Shown piece by piece: positions 51,021 to 57,899 of a DNA stretch of 64,000 bases. The notes beneath the pieces are model-generated. The model was given only the letters and a program-made list of their open reading frames with translations, searched no databases and was not told the DNA's origin. Origin of the DNA: Ignavibacteria bacterium. GTDB lineage: Bacteria; Bacteroidota; Ignavibacteria; Kapaibacteriales; UBA961. How positions within the stretch are numbered: the first letter of the stretch is position 1; each line of letters starts with the position of its first letter. The position numbers and the translations under genes were made by a program. Where the stretch lies: assembly GCA_947491315.1 (NCBI GenBank), contig CANLII010000010.1, positions 2,210-66,209 on the forward strand, given 5' to 3'.

Positions 51021-52721
51021 CTATTCTTCGGGTCGGATGTCTTTTATGGACAATTGGGGTGCATTCGATCCATTATGCGTATTCTCTTCCAAATTGAAGC
51101 AAATGGAAAATGGCTTACCATTCGTGCAATATTTAATTTTATGAGCAAGATTGAATCCGATTGCATCAATGACAAAATTGGATTGCACAGTGCGTAATTT
51201 TATATGATTCCCGCCGATGATTTTCACGCCATTTGCCGAACGAACATTTTTTGCATAAAACATTGGTTTGGAATTCGCATATCCAAATGGGGCAAATCTT
51301 CGCAATACTTCCAAGAATCTCGGTGAAAGCTCACTGAGTTGCAATTCGGAATCAACGACAATCTCAGGAACAAGCATTGCAGGAGTGATCTCACGATGAG
51401 CGATTTCATCGATGGATTCGCGCAATTGAAGAATGTCTTTCTCGAGTAATGTCACACCCGCGGCATGTTTATGTCCACCAAATTCTAAAAGCAAATGCTC
51501 ACATTCTTTCAAAGCACTGTGAATATCGAAATTACGAATGCTTCTTGCTGAACCTTTCGCATGTTTATCCAATGAGGTAAGCAGAATCGATGGAAGATGA
51601 AAGCGTTCCACAAGGCGTGATGCCACGATTCCTATGACACCGGCATGCCAGCCCGGTTTATACACGACGAGTGATCTACGCTCTTTCTCTTTCATTAGTC
51701 TTTCAGCTTCTTTACTGGCTTGGTCGAATGTGAATTCATCGAGTTGACGGCGACGACGATTATCGCTTTCAAGAACTTGTGCAATTGAAAATGCAGTGTA
51801 TTCATCATCTGCAATCATCATGTCCACAGCTCTTCTGGCATCACCCAATCTTCCTGCTGCATTTATTCTCGGAGCAATTCCAAAGATGATATTTGAAGTT
51901 GTCAAACTTCCAGGACGCATGTCAGCGCAATCAAGCAAACCTTGAAAACCTGGTCTTGTATTATTATTCAATCGTTCAAGTCCATAATGGACAAGGATGC
52001 GATTTTCACCACTCAATGCCACAATGTCTGCGGCTGAAGAAATAGCAACAAAATCCAGATAAGAAAATGGCAAATCGGGTTTATTGAGTGCGAAACAAAC
52101 TCCCTGCACCAATTTGAATGCTACACCACAGGCGGATAAATGCTTGAAAGGATATGTACACTCAGGTTTGAGAGGATCAAGAATCGCATAAGCATCAGGC
52201 AATACTTCCGCAGGTTCATGATGATCACAGATGATGGTGTCTATTCCAAGGGATGTTGCATATTCGACGGGTTCGACGGAAGTAATTCCACAATCTACAG
52301 CGATGATAAGAGTAGCCCCTGCTTCTCTGGCTTTTTGAATGCTTTGATGTGATAAACCATATCCTACCCCTTGTCTGTTTGGAACAAAATAGTGTACTTC
52401 TCCCCCTATCTCTCTCAAAAAGAGGAGCATCATTGCTGTACTTGCGGTTCCATCAACATCGTAATCGCCATGTATCCAAATGGTTTCCCCATTTGCAATG
52501 GCTTTGCATACACGCTCCGTAGCCCTGTCCATACCATCCATCAAAAAAGGATTATGGATTTCTTCAAGTACAGGAGTGAGAAATCGTTCTGCTTCAATGT
52601 GATCGACAAGTCCTCTTGTCGTTAAGACCTTAGCGAGACTTATCGGTACATTGAGCGTATCAGCGAGTGTTTTAGCGGAACCATCATCAGCATGTTCTCT
52701 GATATTCCAGCGATATTCCAA
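51021..52721 (-). CDS. recJ: Single-stranded-DNA exonuclease RecJ
   Basis: GDYDVDG, DHH, PRINAAGR, FGGH motifs; probable TTG start at 52721. Confidence 0.96.
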   Translation of the reverse strand: MEYRWNIREHADDGSAKTLADTLNVPISLAKVLTTRGLVDHIEAERFLTPVLEEIHNPFLMDGMDRATERVCKAIANGETIWIHGDYDVDGTASTAMMLLFLREIGGEVHYFVPNRQGVGYGLSHQSIQKAREAGATLIIAVDCGITSVEPVEYATSLGIDTIICDHHEPAEVLPDAYAILDPLKPECTYPFKHLSACGVAFKLVQGVCFALNKPDLPFSYLDFVAISSAADIVALSGENRILVHYGLERLNNNTRPGFQGLLDCADMRPGSLTTSNIIFGIAPRINAAGRLGDARRAVDMMIADDEYTAFSIAQVLESDNRRRRQLDEFTFDQASKEAERLMKEKERRSLVVYKPGWHAGVIGIVASRLVERFHLPSILLTSLDKHAKGSARSIRNFDIHSALKECEHLLLEFGGHKHAAGVTLLEKDILQLRESIDEIAHREITPAMLVPEIVVDSELQLSELSPRFLEVLRRFAPFGYANSKPMFYAKNVRSANGVKIIGGNHIKLRTVQSNFVIDAIGFNLAHKIKYCTNGKPFSICFNLEENTHNGSNAPQLSIKDIRPEE

Positions 52722-52847
52722 AAAAAAGTAACTATTGTTTAGAAAAACTGAGGCTAAAATACATAAATTCCCCAATGTTGCAAGAAATATTGTGTAATTA
52801 AATTGACAGATATGTGTAAACAACCTGACACTTTCCAGAACTATTAG

Positions 52848-53942
52848 ATGAAGAAAAAAAGAGTCGATACCGGAAAGAAGGCGAAAATCAAGCAAAGAAA
52901 GTCATATTCTCAGGAAGATACATGGCTTGAGGAATTTGATGTGCGTTCTGCAACCGGAACTGTACACTCAAAAAAAGAAGAGACACGCACCATGATAAAA
53001 TTGGGCGAGGCACCGAAGGACATGAATATACAGTTTGGCCGAGTGATGGCGGTTGGTGGCAGAACTTGGTATGTGCAGTCTGATGAAGAAGTTATAGAAT
53101 GTATGCCTGCAGGAACCGTATATGCATTGCATGAGGATACTTCGCTTTTGGCAGTTGGCGATATGGTTGGTTTTGAGCGCATTGATGATGGTACGGGTAT
53201 AGTAAAAGGAAATATTATCCAAGTTGAGAAGCGTTTTTCACATTTATCAAGAAAAGGCATTGGGAAATATGCAGGTGAGCAAGTGATCATTAGTAATGTG
53301 GATGGTATTTTGATTGTGATGTCTGCAGCTGATCCATTTTACAATAAGCGCTTATTGGACAGATATCTGATTGCGGCAGAGCTTGGAAAACTCACCCCTT
53401 CGATTTGCATTAATAAAATTGAATTGATGGATAAAGATGTAATTGTAGAAGATTTGGCAGTGTATTCTGATACTTTGAACATACCGGTTTACTTCACCAG
53501 TGTTGCTGAAGAACTCGGTATACATGAATTGGAAATGGGATTAAAGGATCATTCGACGGTTTTATCTGGTCCATCAGGAGTTGGAAAATCATCTCTTATC
53601 AATGCAATTTCCGGTGAACAATTGCAAAGAACAGGCGAGGTGAGTGAGCGCACTTGGAAAGGCAAGCATATTACTTCATCAGCTCGCATATTTGCATTGC
53701 CCGCAGGTGGATTTCTTGCAGATACACCAGGGCTACGCGAATTGGGTTTATGGGATATTCATCCTGATGACACTGCATTTTACTTTCATGATTTCGATCC
53801 ATTTTTTCCGAAGTGCAAATTCACTTCCTGCACGCATAGGCATGAACCGGATTGTGCCGTAAAAAAAGCTGTTGAAGAAGAATTGATCGATCCGGAACGC
53901 TATGTCAGTTTTTTGCAGATCGTTGAGAGCTTGGAAGAATAG
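52848..53942 (+). CDS. rsgA: Ribosome small subunit-dependent GTPase A
   Basis: NKIE, GPSGVGKSS, GKHIT, DTPG motifs and CKF-x2-C-x-H-x2-EP-x-C Zn site. Confidence 0.96.
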   Translation: MKKKRVDTGKKAKIKQRKSYSQEDTWLEEFDVRSATGTVHSKKEETRTMIKLGEAPKDMNIQFGRVMAVGGRTWYVQSDEEVIECMPAGTVYALHEDTSLLAVGDMVGFERIDDGTGIVKGNIIQVEKRFSHLSRKGIGKYAGEQVIISNVDGILIVMSAADPFYNKRLLDRYLIAAELGKLTPSICINKIELMDKDVIVEDLAVYSDTLNIPVYFTSVAEELGIHELEMGLKDHSTVLSGPSGVGKSSLINAISGEQLQRTGEVSERTWKGKHITSSARIFALPAGGFLADTPGLRELGLWDIHPDDTAFYFHDFDPFFPKCKFTSCTHRHEPDCAVKKAVEEELIDPERYVSFLQIVESLEE

Positions 53943-53977
53943 TCCTCTCATTTTTGTAGTTTTACAATCCAAACCAC

Positions 53978-54064
53978 GGAGAAGTGCGAGAGTGGTTGAA
54001 TCGGACGGTCTCGAAAACCGTTATAGGAGTAATCCTATCGAGGGTTCGAATCCCTCCTTCTCCG
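53978..54064 (+). tRNA. tRNA-Ser(CGA)
   Basis: GGAGAAG/CTTCTCC acceptor stem, ACGGT-CTCGAAA-ACCGT anticodon arm, long variable arm, GGTTCGAATCC T-arm; CCA not encoded. Confidence 0.97.
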
Positions 54065-54091
54065 CAACCCAGGTAGAGACTGGAAACTTTT

Positions 54092-54127
54092 GACCGATGA
54101 TTACAATGTGTAGTCATCGGTTTTTTT
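54092..54127 (+). terminator. Intrinsic terminator after the tRNA
   Basis: GACCGATGATTACA-ATG-TGTAGTCATCGGTT plus T-tract. Confidence 0.85.
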
Positions 54128-54323
54128 ATTGGTCTTGGTATTGTCGGGTAGGTATAAATCTTTCACTAACTGTATTGTATTCTATGTAGTTATAGTAGTA
54201 TCAGTTGTATTTCTGACCTCATCATTTCATCACATTCACATCATCATAGTTTACATTCAACACAGTCTCATTCATCTGTATTAAAAGGGGTAAAACGATA
54301 AAAAAAGGGTAATTACAGTATCT

Positions 54324-54366
54324 AATTCGTAACCTTTTGGTCACTTTTTGAAAAAGGTTACGAATT
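54324..54366. repeat. Perfect 15-bp inverted repeat
   Basis: AATTCGTAACCTTTT-N13-AAAAGGTTACGAATT; a third GTAACCTTTT copy at 54456-54465. Confidence 0.9.
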
Positions 54367-54689
54367 TCCCTACAAGTGAGTATTCATCAGTGTAGTTGGG
54401 TATTCGTATTTGAGGGAAATTGAGGTGATACTGAACACTTTTGGTGTCTTTTACAGTAACCTTTTAGATGATTAATTGAACTCGAAAATGACCGTGCCCT
54501 TTGTTTTATACATAAACAAAGTCAAGATAGATAAGGAAATATCAAGATAACACTATCAACAATGCCTCTATATTTCCAATTGCATTGTATTTTTGACCAC
54601 AATGAAAAATTCCAAACCATTACTTAGTAGTAAACTTTAACGAACTTATTTGTTTATCCTTTAGCTCACTCTTATACTCCGGTATCAAC

Positions 54690-55487
54690 ATGCTTCGAAA
54701 TATATTTCACTCTTTGACAGTGCTCGTATTGAGTACTTCCCTATTACTTATCGGTTGTTCAGATCATCCATCAAATTCCATACATGATGATCATGGCTCC
54801 ATTCAAGTTTCTATTGATCATGTATTTGATTCTGCACCTTTCATGTTCGATAAGGCATATTCACTCCCAAATGGTGAATCAGTGAAAGGAACAATGTTGA
54901 AGTATTATGTTAGCAATATCTCGTTTGAAAAAGCAGACGGTTCAACTCATGTCATTCCTCAGGATGAATCTTACTTTTTTATTGATGAATCAATTGAGAG
55001 TTCAAAAAAGGTACTATTGGACCATATTCCATCTGGTACATATACCGCAATTCGATTTACTATTGGAGTTGATTCACTTCGTTCGACCATGGGACTCGAC
55101 AAGAGAAAAGGAATTCTTGATATTGGTGCTGCTGCTCAGGACATGTACTGGTCATGGAATTCTGGTTATATCCACTTGAAATTTGAAGGTTCATTTACTG
55201 CTCCAAATTCTTCAGGTGATATACGATATCATGTCGGAGGTTTTGGTGGTTATTCCTCCCCCACAATCAATGCCATTCGAAATATCCGATTAACTCTTAA
55301 TACTGCTCCATTGGTGGTTACAGGAACTTCTCAAAAGTCATTGGCACTTTCCGCTGATTTGAAGAAAATGTTCACGGGATCAATCCCCTTTTCCGTAGCA
55401 GAGAATTCATCCGTAATGTTTTCACCTTTTTGTGTGACAATAGCCGATAATTATGCAACGATGTTTTCTGTAGTAAACAAGGATTAA
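54690..55487 (+). CDS. mbnP: MbnP-family copper-binding lipoprotein
   Basis: Lipobox LIGC; LKYYVSNI, GVDS, MYWSWNSGYIHLKFEG (WxW), HVGG motifs. Confidence 0.88.
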   Translation: MLRNIFHSLTVLVLSTSLLLIGCSDHPSNSIHDDHGSIQVSIDHVFDSAPFMFDKAYSLPNGESVKGTMLKYYVSNISFEKADGSTHVIPQDESYFFIDESIESSKKVLLDHIPSGTYTAIRFTIGVDSLRSTMGLDKRKGILDIGAAAQDMYWSWNSGYIHLKFEGSFTAPNSSGDIRYHVGGFGGYSSPTINAIRNIRLTLNTAPLVVTGTSQKSLALSADLKKMFTGSIPFSVAENSSVMFSPFCVTIADNYATMFSVVNKD

Positions 55488-55490
55488 TCA

Positions 55491-56528
55491 ATGAGATTAA
55501 CAGGAAATATATTGCTACTAGGATTGTGTTCAATTCTTCTGTCCTGCGGTGAAACCACACAGCCTGAAGAGTCATTTGATGTCACATTCACGGTTCCTTC
55601 TAATTTTCCTGCACCTGTCTATGATGTATCAAAAAACCCCATTACCAAAGATGGCTTCTTGCTTGGCAAGAAATTGTTTTATGATGGCATTCTCTCGAAA
55701 GATGCCTCGATTTCATGCGGAACTTGCCATATACAATCATCCGGATTTACTCAACATGGACATGATCTCAGCCATGGCATTGCAGATCGGTTGACTTTGC
55801 GCAATACTCCCGGCATTCAGAATGTGGCTTGGAAAAAGTTTTTTCAATGGGATGGCGGAGTTTTTAACCTTGACCTTTTTGCCATAAATCCCATTACAGC
55901 TCATAATGAAATGGATGAAACCCTTGAGAATATATTAACCAAATTACGAAGACATGCTCACTATCCCGGATTGTTCAAATCTGCATTTGGTTCAGAAGAG
56001 ATAACTACAGAGCGCTTTCTGAAGGCACTCTCCCAATTTCAATTGATGTTTATTTCTTCCGGCTCTAAGTATGATAAAGTCATGCGAAATGAAGGAGTTA
56101 CATTCACGGTTGAAGAGCAAGACGGTTATTCAGTATTTAAACAAAAATGCGCGACTTGCCATACTGAGCCATTATTCAGTGATGAATCCTTCAGAAATAC
56201 AGGCCTTGCGGTCAGAAATCAGAATGATAAAGGTAGGGCTCTCATCACATTGAATGAAAAAGATGTCTATGCCTATATAGTGCCCTCATTACGAAATATC
56301 ATGATCACTGCTCCATATATGCATGATGGTCGTTTTGATAATATAGACAAAGTGCTCAATCATTATGAAAAAGGGATGATTGATTCACCATATCTTGATT
56401 CTATTTTTAAACAACAAAATCCTGCCGGAATAGCTCTTTCAGAGCAAGACAAGACCGCATTAAAGGCATTCCTTCATACACTCACAGATCAAGAGTTTGT
56501 GCAAAGAAGAATGCTTTCTGAGTATTAA
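55491..56528 (+). CDS. mbnH: Di-heme cytochrome c peroxidase, MbnH/MauG family
   Basis: CGTCH and CATCH heme motifs; PSLRN, TAPYMHDGRF motifs; directly follows mbnP. Confidence 0.88.
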   Translation: MRLTGNILLLGLCSILLSCGETTQPEESFDVTFTVPSNFPAPVYDVSKNPITKDGFLLGKKLFYDGILSKDASISCGTCHIQSSGFTQHGHDLSHGIADRLTLRNTPGIQNVAWKKFFQWDGGVFNLDLFAINPITAHNEMDETLENILTKLRRHAHYPGLFKSAFGSEEITTERFLKALSQFQLMFISSGSKYDKVMRNEGVTFTVEEQDGYSVFKQKCATCHTEPLFSDESFRNTGLAVRNQNDKGRALITLNEKDVYAYIVPSLRNIMITAPYMHDGRFDNIDKVLNHYEKGMIDSPYLDSIFKQQNPAGIALSEQDKTALKAFLHTLTDQEFVQRRMLSEY

Positions 56529-56532
56529 TATG

Positions 56533-56627
56533 ATTGTCATATCAATCTGACACCACCCTTACACAACACACACAATTTTACATCGTCGAGCACTATAGAT
56601 ACTCCTTCTTACCATTGATATATCAAT
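56533..56627. promoter_or_regulatory. Two related palindromic 14-mers, candidate enhancer (UAS) sites
   Basis: ATTGTCATATCAAT (56533-56546) and ATTGATATATCAAT (56614-56627). Confidence 0.45.
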
Positions 56628-56707
56628 ATTTTTGAATGTCTTAGAAGCATGTGTTCATAAGGGTTTTAGGCAATTCGATACTATCGGCTTCACCCACCTA
56701 AAAAAGT

Positions 56708-56724
56708 TTGGCACGGCAAATGCA
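56708..56724 (+). promoter_or_regulatory. Candidate sigma-54 (-24/-12) promoter
   Basis: TTGGCACGGCAAATGCA gives TGGCACG-N4-ATGC with exact GG-N10-GC spacing, about 105 nt before ATG 56831. Confidence 0.65.
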
Positions 56725-56830
56725 TTATGTATTTCTGTGCGACGATATGATACACAATCAGAATATATTTTCAGGGTTTGCACAGCAATTTTTCAATTTC
56801 ATTTTTACATCTTTTATTAGGGTTTTTTGT

Positions 56831-57232
56831 ATGAAAAGCATCGTTTTTTTGCTCGCTTTTGTTGCAATGTCAACAACACTCTTTGCACAACATCAAGTTT
56901 TGGGTCAGTCACCAAGAAGTGCAAAAATCTATACTAAACAAGTGAGTAATCATCAAGTTCTTGGTCAATCACCAAGAAGCGCGAAGATTTACAATTCAGA
57001 ATATGTTCCGGTTGCTGCTACAGCAGAAGTGCAAAATCAAGAACAAGAGTCAACACATTTGGTATTGGGGCAATCACCAAGAAGCGCGAAGATTTATAAT
57101 TCTACATATGTTCCAACTCATATCGTACTTGGTCAATCACCAAGAAGCGCCATTGTTTATAATTCAGATGGATATGAATTGTGGAAGTATCGTAATGGCG
57201 TATTCAATGTTTCATTGAAATCTGTTAAGTAA
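56831..57232 (+). CDS. Small secreted protein with four HxVLGQSPRSAxxY repeats
   Basis: Signal peptide MKSIVFLLAFVAMSTTLFA-Q; repeats conserved at the protein level with synonymous codon variation. Confidence 0.85.
   Translation: MKSIVFLLAFVAMSTTLFAQHQVLGQSPRSAKIYTKQVSNHQVLGQSPRSAKIYNSEYVPVAATAEVQNQEQESTHLVLGQSPRSAKIYNSTYVPTHIVLGQSPRSAIVYNSDGYELWKYRNGVFNVSLKSVK
56891..57160 (+). repeat. Four 42-nt coding repeats
   Basis: Copies start at 56891, 56951, 57056 and 57119; shared core CARTCACCAAGAAGYGC. Confidence 0.9.
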
Positions 57233-57304
57233 CACTGTACACATTCTTCTCATCAGAGGAAGAATTCTTTTATTCCATTAGGGTTTTTGAAAACAAGGGT
57301 AATT

Positions 57305-57832
57305 ATGAAAAAAACTTGGATTGCTATTGCAATTACATGTTCACTTGGATTTATTGGTTGCGACAAAACTTCAAATCCGGTAGAGGTCACGGAAAACAAA
57401 TCTGAGATTATTCAGCATCCCACTACTGTGGAAGGCATGCCGATCATGACAAGAATGAGCATTCCTGTTGAAGTGGTACTTGAATCATGTCTACACTTAT
57501 CTGCTGATCAAAAGAAAGTATGCACTGTGAATCGCAGTGAATTTATTGAAATGAAGATTTCGGAATCTGAACGCATCAAATCATTGGATGACATTCAGAA
57601 AGCAAAGCAGAGTAGACTGGAAAAGTTAGAACGTTATGATCCTGATTATGGACTTAAATTCAGATTAATTGAAACAGAGTTTGAAGGGAAAAAACACTAT
57701 GTGGAAGAGTACACATCCTTTTGGCTGAAAAGTCTCTCTCAAAGAGTATCCAATTCATTCCGTGAAGTCATGAATGACAAACAAAAGAAAATATGGAATG
57801 AATGGATCGTTCTGAATAAAAAGCCCTGTTGA
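57305..57832 (+). CDS. Hypothetical helical lipoprotein, Spy/CpxP-like
   Basis: Lipobox FIGC; two LTxxQ-like motifs (LSADQK, MNDKQK); start moved to ATG 57305. Confidence 0.6.
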   Translation: MKKTWIAIAITCSLGFIGCDKTSNPVEVTENKSEIIQHPTTVEGMPIMTRMSIPVEVVLESCLHLSADQKKVCTVNRSEFIEMKISESERIKSLDDIQKAKQSRLEKLERYDPDYGLKFRLIETEFEGKKHYVEEYTSFWLKSLSQRVSNSFREVMNDKQKKIWNEWIVLNKKPC

Positions 57833-57899
57833 AATCCATTTCTCGCAATTCTGTTTTTCTGTGTAAATTACATGGTCGACAATCAATTGCGAGTCTCAC

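Noticed and set aside
53902-54093. 63-aa ORF
   Set aside because: Overlaps the tRNA-Ser gene; spurious.
54690-56528. Methanobactin biosynthetic cluster
   Set aside because: No mbnA, mbnB or mbnC; mbnPH pairs are widespread without them.
56891-57160. CRISPR array (repeats with about 60-nt period)
   Set aside because: Repeats are in frame, vary at synonymous positions, are irregularly spaced (60, 105, 63 nt), follow a signal peptide, and there are no cas genes nearby.
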